Shown: piece by piece, positions 1-9,696 of the stretch
Position numbering within the stretch: position 1 is the stretch's first letter
Layout of the letters: each line of letters begins with the position of its first letter
DNA from: Candidatus Eiseniibacteriota bacterium
GTDB taxonomy: Bacteria; Eisenbacteria; RBG-16-71-46; CAVPCR01
DNA: 64,000 nt
NCBI GenBank assembly: GCA_963702435.1
Contig: CAVPCR010000004.1
Coordinates: 512,001 to 576,000, forward strand
Direction of reading: 5' to 3'
Notes under the pieces: generated by a model
The model's input: only the letters and a program-made list of their open reading frames with translations
What the model was told of the DNA's origin: nothing
Database searches by the model: none
Made by a program: the position numbers and the translations under genes

Positions 1-1551
1 GCACTGTGAGCTCGGGGCGGGTCCCGTCCACCGCGAGGAGATAGCGGCAGGTCTCCGCACGCTGTGCATCGGTGACGAGGAGCGTGCGCGCGTCGAGCGC
101 GGCGAGGATCGCCTTCGCCTCGTCGCGCGCAGTCCAGTCGCCGGCTCGCCAGGGACGGAGCCGGGGCTCCGGGCCGGGCGAGGGCACGGCATACAGCGTC
201 CTGATCCAGGGATCGAGCTGCGGTGATGCCGGGAGATGCGGCAGGAAGAAGTAGAGCGCGACCGGAAGCGCGACGAAGAGGATCCCGAGCGTCACGGGGA
301 CGCCGGGCCGCAACCGGCGGTAGGTTGCCGCGACGCCGATGGCGGCGGCGATCGCGAGCGGCACCCATGCCGCGATCACGGCCGACGGAGTCACGAGCGC
401 CACCGCGCCGCTCGCCGCGATGAGCGCGAGGAGGAGAAGGCCCTCGCGCCGGCCGCCGCCGCGGGCGAGGAGCACGATGAGTCCGATCACCGCGAAGATC
501 GTCGCGGCGAGGAAGGAGGCCGCGAGGCGAGCGGCGGCGATCGCCAGCGCATCGAGCGGCGGGCGCTGCCAGGGCGGACCGCCGATCAGGCTCGCGATCA
601 CATCGCCGACCGTCCGGGTGCTCGCCGCGGTGGCGACGATCTCGCGCCAGAGGAGGGTCGCGAGCGGGAGGAGTCCGAGCGCGAAGGCAAGGGCGACGAG
701 CCAGGCGGCGCGCGCGATCGAGCGCGCCGGCGGGCTCGCGAGGAGCGCGCTCCCCGCGAACAGGTACACGATTGCGATCAGGCCGATCGCGCGCTGCTCG
801 GTCACGGCGAGTCCGACGAGGACGAGTGCCGCGAACACGGTCCACGCGCCGCCGCCGCGGAGCCGCGCGGCGAAGAGGGCGGTGGCGAGCGCGAGGAGGA
901 GGATGACGAGCGGCGTGTGGTCGGCGACGACGGCGCGTGCCCAGAAGGCGTGGGCGACGGCGAGGCTCGCCGCCCCGGCGGCCGCGAACGAGACCCGGCT
1001 CGGCGCATCGCCGATCTCCGATCGGTCGAGGCGGCCGAGCGCGGTCCAGAAGACGACGAGGACAGCGAGCGCGGCGGTGATCGCGGTAGCCAGGTTGGCG
1101 CGATAGGCGGGATCGGAGAGCGGCATCCACTGCGCGAGCGGGGGCGCGGCGAAGAGCGCCGGAGTCGGGACGCGCATCGCGAGATGCGCGAGCGCGACGG
1201 TCAGCGGATGGTCGCGCGCCTCGCCGCCGATCTCGTCCCGGAATGCAGCGGTCTGGAGGCGAGCCGTGTCGCCCGCGCCGACCGTGGGCAGGATGGTCGC
1301 GACGTAGAGGGCGAGCGCCGCCAGGAAGACGACGAGGGCGGCGCCGAGGGTCGCGAACATGCCGCGGCGGCGGGGCTCGATTGGCGGCGCCGCTGCGGGC
1401 GCGAGTTCCTCGGGGGCGGCAGCGCCCGCCGCTGCCGGCGGCGCGCCGGGGTCCGGGGCGGTTCCTTCCCGGCCGGCGGGGGGCCCGCCCGTGGCGCCCG
1501 CGTCGGCGGGGGGGTCGCGGCGGTGCCGGGCCGCGGGTCGTCCTGCTTCAT
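1..1551 (-). CDS. DUF2723/TMEM260-like GT-C membrane glycosyltransferase (3' end outside window; probable 1-nt frameshift near 1510)
   Basis: Manual translation from ATG 1360 gives MFATLGAALVVFLAALALYVATILPTVGAGDTARLQTAA...DHPLT...DPAYRANLATAITAALAV...AFWARAVVAD, with many TM helices and an open frame to position 1. ATG 1551 has a GAGGA RBS and joins this frame if one base is added to the G7 run at about 1508-1514. Confidence 0.7.
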
Positions 1552-1659
1552 GGTTTCCTCGCTCTTCTCCTGCGAGGCACGGTAGCGCGCCCGGCGGGAG
1601 GACACAAGCGGTGGAAGCGCAGGTTGCCGCCGCTGCCGGCGGCCGGTAGTCTGGACGAC

Positions 1660-3054
1660 ATGAGCGAGCCCGCAAGCGCAGCGTCCCCGGTGCGGACGCT
1701 CCGTCCCGTCAATCCCGCCACCGGCGAGACCATCGGGGAGGTGCCCTGTTCCACCCCGGCCGACGTGGCGGCCGCCGTCGCCCGCGCGCAGCGCGCGCTC
1801 CCCGGCTGGCGATCGCTGCCTCCCGCCGCCCGCGCCGCGGCGCTGGCCGCCGCCGGCGCCGAGGTCCAGGCCGCCGCGCCGGCGCTCGCCGACCTCGTCA
1901 CCGCCGAGATGGGGAAGCTCCGTCGCGCGGCCCTGGGCGAGGCGCAAGCGGTTGCGGAGAGCCTCAAATCTCTGCACAACCTCCTGCCCGCGCTCGAGCC
2001 GATCGAGCACCGCGACGGGAAGCTCGTGACCCAGGTGGTGCGCGATCCGCTCGGCGTGGTGGCTGCGATCACGCCGTGGAACTTCCCGCTGTCGATGCCC
2101 GAGTCGCTCATCTCGCCGGCGCTCCTCGCCGGCAACACGGTGGTGTGGAAGCCGTCCGAGCTGACCCCGCTCTCGGGCGCGCTCCTCCACGAGCGGATCG
2201 CGGCGGCGCTGCCGCCGGGCGTGCTCGAGGTCGTGCAGGGGGCGGACGAGACGGGGCGGGCGCTCGTCGCCGCCGACGTGCAGATGGTGGCCTTCGTCGG
2301 CAGCCAGGCGGTCGGGAAGGCGATCATGCAGGCGGCGGGGAACGACCTGAAGCGGCTCGTCCTCGAGCTCGGCGGCAAGGACCCGATGGTGGTGCTCGAG
2401 GACGCCGATCTCGACCGCGCCGCCGAGTTCGCCGTGAACGGCTCCTTCCGGAACTCGGGCCAGGTCTGTGTCTCGGTCGAGCGCATCTACGTGCACGAGG
2501 CGATTGCCGACGCGTTCATCGAGAAGGTGGTGGCGCGGGCGAAGAGCTGGCGGGTCGGTCCCGGCACGAGCGAGGAAGCGGACATGGGGCCGATGGCGAG
2601 CGCGACCCAGCGCGACCGGGTGCTCGCGCAGCTCGAGGACGCGCGCCGCCGCGGGGCGCAGGTACTCCTCGGCGGGCACGCGATGCCGGGTCCGGGGTTC
2701 TTCCTCGAGCCTGCGGTCGTCGTCGGCGTGAGCGGCGACATGGCGCTCATGCGCGAGGAGACCTTCGGTCCGGTCGCCGCCATCGAGCGGGTGAAGAGCG
2801 CCGACGAGGCGATCGAGAAGGCGAATGCGACGAGCTTCGGGCTCGGCGCCACGCTGTGGTGCGGCGCGCCCGACCGGGCGCGCGCCCTCGCCGCGCGGCT
2901 CGATGCGGGCATGGTGGGTGTCAACCGGTCGATCGGCGGCGTGTCAGGCACGCCGTGGGTCGGAGCGAAGCAATCGGGCTTCGGCTTCATCGAGTCGCCC
3001 GAGGGCATCCGCCAGTTCACGCAGACGCGGAAGATCTCCTACGAAGAGCCGTAG
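1660..3054 (+). CDS. Aldehyde dehydrogenase family protein
   Basis: Motifs ITPWNFP, KPSE, LELGGK, catalytic GQVC and EETFGP. Confidence 0.93.
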   Translation: MSEPASAASPVRTLRPVNPATGETIGEVPCSTPADVAAAVARAQRALPGWRSLPPAARAAALAAAGAEVQAAAPALADLVTAEMGKLRRAALGEAQAVAESLKSLHNLLPALEPIEHRDGKLVTQVVRDPLGVVAAITPWNFPLSMPESLISPALLAGNTVVWKPSELTPLSGALLHERIAAALPPGVLEVVQGADETGRALVAADVQMVAFVGSQAVGKAIMQAAGNDLKRLVLELGGKDPMVVLEDADLDRAAEFAVNGSFRNSGQVCVSVERIYVHEAIADAFIEKVVARAKSWRVGPGTSEEADMGPMASATQRDRVLAQLEDARRRGAQVLLGGHAMPGPGFFLEPAVVVGVSGDMALMREETFGPVAAIERVKSADEAIEKANATSFGLGATLWCGAPDRARALAARLDAGMVGVNRSIGGVSGTPWVGAKQSGFGFIESPEGIRQFTQTRKISYEEP

Positions 3055-3074
3055 CCGCCCGCCTTCCCGTCCTG

Positions 3075-5807
3075 CTAGCGCACGTCGCTCAGCAGCACGG
3101 CGTCGCTCACCTCCTCGCCGCGGGAGAAGGCGATCCGCTTCCCGTCCGGCGACCAGTCGAACGAGAAGACGCGGCCGCTCTCGAAGCGGGTGATCTGCTC
3201 GGGCGGTGCCTCCCCGAGCGGATTCCGCCAGATGTTCGAGACCCCGTCGCGAGTCACGACAAAGGTGACCGCGTCCGACCTCGGAGCCCAGCGGGCTTCT
3301 CCCACTCCCTCCGGAACATCGGAGGTCGAGAGGATGGCGCCCCCGGCGGCCGGGACGACCGCCGCCGCCGGCACGAAACGCTTGCCGTCCGTTCGCAGGT
3401 ACACGTACACGATGTACTTCCCGTCCGGAGAGACGAGCCCGAGGCCCCGCGGTTCCTTGACGACGGCCACCGGCTCGCCGCCGGCGAGCGGCATCTTCCA
3501 CAGGGTTCTCTCCGCCGCGCGGTCCGTGTAGAGGAACCACCGGCCATCGGGCGACAGGTCGTTGGCGACCTCGCCGGCGCCGCTCGTGATCGGTGTCGGG
3601 TTCCCGCCGTCGGCGTCGAGGCGGAACACATGCGGGACACCGCGGTCGCGCACCGACGTGCAGAGGATGAAGCTGCCATCGGGAGCCGGGATGGGGGTCG
3701 TGTACTTCTGGGACTCGGTGGTCAGACGCCTTTGCTCGCGCCCCTCGGCGTCGCAGGCCCACATGTCGTAAGCGCCCCCGCGCTTGGCCATGAAGGTGAT
3801 CGTCCCCGAGCGGGCCCAGCGGATCTGCTCGACGAACTCGTTGCGCTCGCGGGCGAGGCTCGTGGCCCGCGCGGCATCCGCGGCCGGCGCCAGCCACAGG
3901 CTCGAGCTGAAGCTCGTCTGCACGGTGACGAGCGAGCGGGAATCGGCGGCCACGCTCACGCCGCGGTAGTTGTTGAGATCGTTGGTGACTCGCCGGAGCT
4001 CGCCCCCAGGATAGGAGAGATGCCAGATCTGGTGTTTGTCGGCCGCCTGCGCGGTGCTCGCCGTGACGAGAAGACCGCGGCCGTCCGCCAGCCACGCCAG
4101 CCCGTTCACATCCGCCCAGCGCTCGGCGCACAGCGAGCGTTCCTGGCCGGACTCGACATCCACGACCACGAGCGCCTGGTGAACACCTCCCTCCTCGCTG
4201 GTGGTCACCGCGGCGATCGTCGTGCCATCGGGAGACCAGGCGAGGACGCTCAGACTGTAGGTCTCCGGGTCCTTGCGCTCCGCAATTCTCTGCTCGCCCG
4301 TGCCGTCGGCCGCGGCGACGAGGATGGCGCTCGCGTTCTGTTCCGGGTAACCGCGCGCGAAGGCGATGCGCTTGCCGTCCGGGGAGAAGGCGACAGGGGT
4401 GTCGACGTCGAAGATCAGCTTCCGCGCCTCGCCGCCGAGGACCGGGATCTGATAGAGGAGCGAGTACAGGGTCACGTCGCGCTCGTAGCGCGTGTAGTAG
4501 ACGTAGTTGCCATCCGGGGTGACTGCGATTCCGCTGAAGGGAGTTCCCGGCGGCACGATCTCGACATCGCTGCCGGTGGCGACCTGGCGGACGACGAGGC
4601 TCTGCCGGCCCGCCTCCTCGACCACCTGCACCACCACCTTGCCATCGGGGGCGATGGCGGCGGCGCGGACCTTCCCGCTCGCGGTCAGGCTCGTGATGCG
4701 CATGGACTCGAAGGCCGAGGGAGCCGCCGGCCGTCCCTTTCGCTGCCCGAGGAGGTAAGCGCCGGCGAGAACGGCGCTCGCGATCGCGACGCCGGCGAGC
4801 GCGGCGCCGAGCCAGAAACGCGGCCCCCGCGCGCGCACCGGGGCGACCGCCGCGACGGAGCTCGACGAGGCCGACCCCGGCGCGAGCTGGTCGTAGTCCG
4901 CGGCCAGCTCGGCGAGCTCGATCGCGAGATCCTTCATCGACTGGTGGCGCTGCTCGGGATCCTTGGCCAGGCAGCGGCGGATGAGCCGGCGGACCTCGGC
5001 CGGCACGTTCGGATTCAGCTCGTCCACGGGCGGCGGCTTCTCGCGGAGGATCCTGTGCATCACCTCGACGTCGGAGTCGCCGCGGAACGGACGCTGGCCG
5101 GTCGCCGCCTCGTAGAGGATGCAGCCGAATGAGAAGATGTCCGAGCGCTGGTCCACCGTCCTCCCCTGGACCTGCTCCGGGGACATGTAACCCACCGTGC
5201 CGAGGATGGCGCCGTCGCGCGTCGGCGACGCGGCCGCGGTCGTCACCTCGCTGCCGGGGGCGGCGGCCGGTCCCGCCTCGGTGAGTTTGGCGAGCCCGAA
5301 GTCGAGCACCTTCGCGTAGCCATCCTGGGAGATCATGATGTTGTCGGGCTTCAGGTCGCGATGCACGATGCCGGCGGCATGCGCCTTGGCCAGGCCCTCG
5401 GCGGCCTGGGCCATGTAGAGCAGCAGCGTGCGGAGCTCCGTCTTCTCGTCGTGGATCTTCTGGCGCAACGTGACGCCGTCGACGAACTCCATCGCGATGT
5501 AGTGGATGGAGGTCTCCGCCGGCTGGCCGGCGTCCGGCTCTCCCTCCGGCCGCACGGTGGCGGCACCGATCTCGTGCACGGTGACGATGTGAGGATGGCT
5601 CAGCGAGGAGGCCGACTTGGCTTCCTGCACGAAGCGGCGCACCCGCTCGTCGTCGCGCACGAGGTCGGGCGGGAGGATCTTGAGCGCGATCGTGCGACCG
5701 AGGACGGTGTCCTCCGCCTTGTAGACCTCGCCCATGCCGCCGGCGCCGACGAGGGAGAGGAGGCGGTAGTGCGAGACGGAGGACCCGACGCGGAGCGTGC
5801 TCTTCAT
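3075..5807 (-). CDS. Hanks-type Ser/Thr protein kinase with TM helix and TolB/WD40-like beta-propeller
   Basis: GAGGMGEVY, ALK, HRDLKPDN, DFGLAK and YMSPEQ; hydrophobic FWLGAALAGVAIASAVLAG; repeated (W/F)SPDG blades. Confidence 0.93.
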   Translation of the reverse strand: MKSTLRVGSSVSHYRLLSLVGAGGMGEVYKAEDTVLGRTIALKILPPDLVRDDERVRRFVQEAKSASSLSHPHIVTVHEIGAATVRPEGEPDAGQPAETSIHYIAMEFVDGVTLRQKIHDEKTELRTLLLYMAQAAEGLAKAHAAGIVHRDLKPDNIMISQDGYAKVLDFGLAKLTEAGPAAAPGSEVTTAAASPTRDGAILGTVGYMSPEQVQGRTVDQRSDIFSFGCILYEAATGQRPFRGDSDVEVMHRILREKPPPVDELNPNVPAEVRRLIRRCLAKDPEQRHQSMKDLAIELAELAADYDQLAPGSASSSSVAAVAPVRARGPRFWLGAALAGVAIASAVLAGAYLLGQRKGRPAAPSAFESMRITSLTASGKVRAAAIAPDGKVVVQVVEEAGRQSLVVRQVATGSDVEIVPPGTPFSGIAVTPDGNYVYYTRYERDVTLYSLLYQIPVLGGEARKLIFDVDTPVAFSPDGKRIAFARGYPEQNASAILVAAADGTGEQRIAERKDPETYSLSVLAWSPDGTTIAAVTTSEEGGVHQALVVVDVESGQERSLCAERWADVNGLAWLADGRGLLVTASTAQAADKHQIWHLSYPGGELRRVTNDLNNYRGVSVAADSRSLVTVQTSFSSSLWLAPAADAARATSLARERNEFVEQIRWARSGTITFMAKRGGAYDMWACDAEGREQRRLTTESQKYTTPIPAPDGSFILCTSVRDRGVPHVFRLDADGGNPTPITSGAGEVANDLSPDGRWFLYTDRAAERTLWKMPLAGGEPVAVVKEPRGLGLVSPDGKYIVYVYLRTDGKRFVPAAAVVPAAGGAILSTSDVPEGVGEARWAPRSDAVTFVVTRDGVSNIWRNPLGEAPPEQITRFESGRVFSFDWSPDGKRIAFSRGEEVSDAVLLSDVR

Positions 5808-5851
5808 GGCGGGAGCATAGCACCCCGTGTGTCGGCCGGCGGTGGCCCTCC

Positions 5852-7932
5852 CTACTGCCGTGCGAGCCACTCCCCGTCGAGCCCGCAGCCGTGCGCGCGC
5901 GGGCCGCGGCGCGACGGCCACTCCCGGTTGTCGCCGGCCGGCGGCGCGGTCACCGCCGCCGCAGCAGCCGCCGCCGGGCCGAGGTTCTGCCAGCGGTACT
6001 CGTCGCGTCCGCCCGTGTCGAGGAAGAGGCCCACCGCCTCGAGGTCGTCGCGGAAGCTGTTTGCCGGCGGGTAGAGGGTCGTGGTGCCGAGCGGCGGCGT
6101 ATCGCTCCAGTCCGGGTTGTCGCCGATCAGTTCGAAGCGCACGTCGTAGAGATCGTTGCCCGCGCGATTCCAGAACAAACCGATCGAGGCGAGATCCGCC
6201 GAGCCCCCGCAGTGGCTCCGGAGCAGGTGCTCGTCGTCGCCGCCACCGTCGATCGAGATGCCGATCGAGCCGTCGCGCGCGTGTCCCTGGAACTGGTTCA
6301 CCGCGATCGCATTGCCGGCGTTGTAGCGGTCGCGGCCGCTGAGATCCACCTGGCAGCCGATCGCGAAGTGGGCCGCCGCGCCGAGGGAGTACTTGCCGTT
6401 CCGGTAGGTGTCGTCGCCGCCCAGGTCCTCGAGCAGTCCGACTCCCCACCAGTAGCCCGCGCCCTGGCTCCAGCAGGTCGCGTGATACGAGTCGTCGCCG
6501 GCGCCGTCGACGAGCACGCCGAAGCCGCCGGCGAGACTGTGCCCGTCGCCGAGATCAGCGCGCCGGCCATAGCCCACGCCCTGCGCCATCGCGACGGAGA
6601 GCCCGTTGTAGAGGTCCGACGGATTGCCGTCGTCGCGAGCGAGATAGCGGTCGTTGCCGGTCACGTCGACGAGGATCCCGGCGCCGAGCGTCGAGCCGAG
6701 TCCTTGCGACTGCTCGGCGCAGGTGTAGGCGTCGTCGCCGGCCCGATCGACGAGGAGACCGACGCCCACGTGCGCGGCGCCCTCTCCCCAGCCGCGATCG
6801 ACGACGTACTCGTCGTTGCCGGCGGCATCGAGGAGGAGGCCGGTGCCGTACCACGCGGCGCCGAGGCCCGACTCCGCCACGCGGTAGGCGTCGTTGCCGG
6901 CGAGATCGATGAGGGCGCCGAGGCCGAAGAGGCCGCAGGCCATGGCGCATGCCGAGTCGCCCCCCGCGTAGCGGTCGGCGCCGGCGAGATCGAGGACGAG
7001 AGCGAGCGGGCGATCGGGCCCGGCGGGGACCGCATGGCGGCCGCGGTACTCGTCGTTCCCGGCGAGGTCGACGGTGAGGAACGCGGGTCGCGCATGCACG
7101 TCGTCGCCGGCGCCGCGGATCGCGACCTCGCCGAGCGCGGTCGGGAAGCGGAGGTCCACGCGCGGCGGGGCGACGCCCGCGGTCCCGTACTCGGCGAGCG
7201 CGCGGTCCACGTGCGCGAGAAAGAGGATCGAGCCGAAGGCCAGGTACTCGCGGTCGAGATGGCGGGGCGCCGCGAACGACGCGCGGCGGAGCGTGGCGAG
7301 CTGGCCGAGCCGATCCTCGGTCCACGGTGCGGCCGCGAGCGCGTAGAGCGAGTCGAGCGGAGCGCGCTCGCCCGCGGCGGCGGCGAGGAACGGCTCATCG
7401 TAGGCGGCGCGGAGCCAGGGTGCGGCCTCGGCGGCGCCGGCGAGGAGCTCAAGCACGAGGCGTTGGGCCGGCGGCGGGAGCGTGCGCCACGTCGCGGCGG
7501 CGGCCGCGTCGAGCGAGTCGGGGCTCCATGGCGCGCCGCGGCGGTCGTGCTGTCCGCGAGCGGCAAGTTGCGGCCGGCCGACACATCGGTGAGGAGGAAT
7601 GCGGTACGCACGAGATCGGCGGTGCTCCCCGCCTGCGCGACGAGCTCGGTGGCGAGCTGGCCGCTCCGCCGCGGGATGGCGCGCACGTCGGAGAACAGGT
7701 TCGCGACGGGGCGGAGGAGAAACATGTCGCGCCCGTAGTGCGCGCGCTCCTCGGCGCCGTAGCCGAGCGTCGGGCCGGCGACCCCCGCGCCGGCCAGCAC
7801 ATGCTGCCAGAGCGTGTCGGGAAGGACGAGCGCGGCGCGGGTCGAATCCACCGCGGATGCGCTCGCCGGCGAGCTCGCGAGGAGGATCGGGATCGAGAAG
7901 ATGAGCACGGCGGTCGCACTCCGAGCGCGCAT
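5852..7932 (-). CDS. Secreted protein with about 12 GxGxLxDxxGxDxY repeats (frameshift at about 7535)
   Basis: Signal peptide MRARSATAVLIFSIPILLASSPASA follows a GGAGG RBS. The N-terminal part lies in ORF 6661..8394 and the remainder in ORF 5852..7456. Repeats include DLAGNDEY, DLAGADRY, DAAGNDEY and DGAGDDSY. Confidence 0.75.
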
Positions 7933-8037
7933 GGCGAAGCCTCCTGGCCGGTGGTCGAGCGGCGCAGCGAAGGGGTCGGTAGCGTAGAATAGCGCCTTTG
8001 GCGTGCCGGGCGGGCTGGCTCGACCGGGAGGAGGGTC

Positions 8038-9007
8038 ATGAAGGCCATACGCATCCACGCTCCGGGCGGCCCGGAGGTCATGCAGTTCGAGGAGGTCGCG
8101 GAACCGGTGCCGGGCGCCGGCCAGGCGCTGGTCCGGATCGAGGCGATCGGCGTCAACTTCATCGACACGTACCAGCGGAGCGGGCTCTACAAGATCGAGC
8201 TGCCGGCGACGCTCGGCGTCGAGGCGGCGGGCACCGTGACCGCGGTCGGCGCGGGGGTGACCGAGGTCGAGGCCGGCGCGCGCGTGGCGTGGGCGGGGCC
8301 GCTCGGGGCCTACGCCGAGATGGCGGCCGTCGCGGCCGCGCGCCTCGTGCCGCTGCCCGACGCCCGTGAGCGCGCGCGACGCTGCGGCGGTCATGCTGCA
8401 GGGGATGACGGCGCACTATCTCGCCGTCTCGACCTATCCGCTCGCGCCCGGCCATACGTGTCTCGTGCACGCGGCGGCGGGCGGCGTCGGGCTCCTCCTC
8501 TGCCAGATCGCGCGCCGGCGCGGCGCGCGCGTCATCGCCACCGTGTCGACCGCGGCCAAGGCCGAGCTCGCGCGCGGAGCGGGCGCCGACCACGTGATCC
8601 GCTACGACGAGGAGGACTTCGAGCCGGCGGTCGCCCGGCTGACCGGCGGCCGCGGCGTCGAGGTGGCCTACGATGCGGTGGGTCAGGCCACCTACGAGCG
8701 GAGCATGCGCGCGCTCGCGCCGCGCGGGATGCTCGTCCTCTACGGGCAGTCGAGCGGGCCGGTGCCGCCCATCGATCCGCTTCTCCTCGCGCAGCGCGGA
8801 TCGCTCTTCCTCACGCGCCCGAACCTCGCTCATTACACGGCGACGCGCGAGGACCTCCTGGCTCGCGCCGGCGAGGTGCTCGCGTGGCTCGCCGGCGGAT
8901 CGCTCCGCGTGCGGATCGGGCTCGAGATGCCGCTCGCCGAGGCCCGGGCGGCGCACCGCGAGCTCGCGGGCCGCAAGACGTCGGGGAAGGTGCTCCTCAT
9001 TCCCTGA
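8038..9007 (+). CDS. qor: NADPH:quinone oxidoreductase (zeta-crystallin/MDR family); +1 frameshift at about 8365
   Basis: MKAIRIHAPGGPEV, GVNFIDTYQRSG, then in the next frame LQGMTAHYL, HAAAGGVG, GSLFLTRP and TSGKVLL. There is an extra C in GCCC|GTG. Confidence 0.88.
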
Positions 9008-9110
9008 CCGCGGTGGTAGTCTGACGCAGCGGTCGAGAGCGCCCTCTTCGCATCAGGCCTGACGCGCGAATGCGCCGCGTCAGGGTTCGCACCCCCGATC
9101 GGGAAAGGCC

Positions 9111-9518
9111 ATGGGCGGCGTCAATCCATACCTCAAGAAGACCGAGACCAGGCTGCCGGCGAAGCCCTACCAGGTGACCTTCGTCAATCGCGGCGTCACG
9201 GTGACCGTGGATCCGGCGAAGCTCCCCTACGGCCACGAGGGGCAGCCCGGCTCGATCCTCGACATCGCGCTCGCGCACGGGGTCGACCTCGATCACGCCT
9301 GCGGCGGCGTCTGCGCCTGCTCGACCTGCCACGTGATCGTGCGGAAGGGGCTCGCGAGCTGCAACGAGTCCACCGAGGACGAGGAGGACCAGCTCGACAA
9401 CGCGCCGGGCTTGACGCCCCAGTCGCGGCTCGGCTGCCAGGTCGTGCCCGACGGGACGAGCGATATCGAGGTCGAGATTCCGGAGTGGAACCGGAACCTG
9501 GTGCGCGAGGAGCATTAG
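9111..9518 (+). CDS. fdx: Adrenodoxin/ISC-type [2Fe-2S] ferredoxin
   Basis: HACGGVCACSTCHV...SRLGCQ motif. Confidence 0.9.
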   Translation: MGGVNPYLKKTETRLPAKPYQVTFVNRGVTVTVDPAKLPYGHEGQPGSILDIALAHGVDLDHACGGVCACSTCHVIVRKGLASCNESTEDEEDQLDNAPGLTPQSRLGCQVVPDGTSDIEVEIPEWNRNLVREEH

Positions 9519-9574
9519 ACGAGGCCGGTTTCGGCTGCGGCTCGCGGTTGCCGGCGCCGGCCATGGGGAGGGCG

Positions 9575-9688
9575 ATGGCGGTCAGCTATTCCAGCTATCT
9601 CAAGCTCGACGAGCTGCTCGTGGTCGCCCGGATCGACATACTCGAGACCATGACCCCGCTCGAGTTCCTGTCCCAGGGCGAGCTCTAG
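9575..9688 (+). pseudogene. kynA: Internally deleted and truncated tryptophan 2,3-dioxygenase remnant
   Basis: The 37-aa ORF MAVSYSSYLKLDELL-VVARIDILETMTPLEFLS joins two TDO motifs that are normally far apart. It has a GGGAGG RBS and lies directly upstream of kynU. Confidence 0.7.
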
Positions 9689-9696
9689 AGGCCGCG

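Noticed and set aside
2076..5132. 1018-aa plus-strand ORF and similar long ORFs (28429..30942, 31517..33898, 36527..38692, upstream parts of 17692..21243 and 46359..49376)
   Set aside because: These are antisense or off-frame shadows of well-supported genes, expected at this GC content, with no motifs of their own.
9056..9083. Hairpin CCTGACGCG...CGCGTCAGG upstream of fdx as a regulatory RNA
   Set aside because: It is a single GC-rich stem with no further features and could be chance or a qor terminator.
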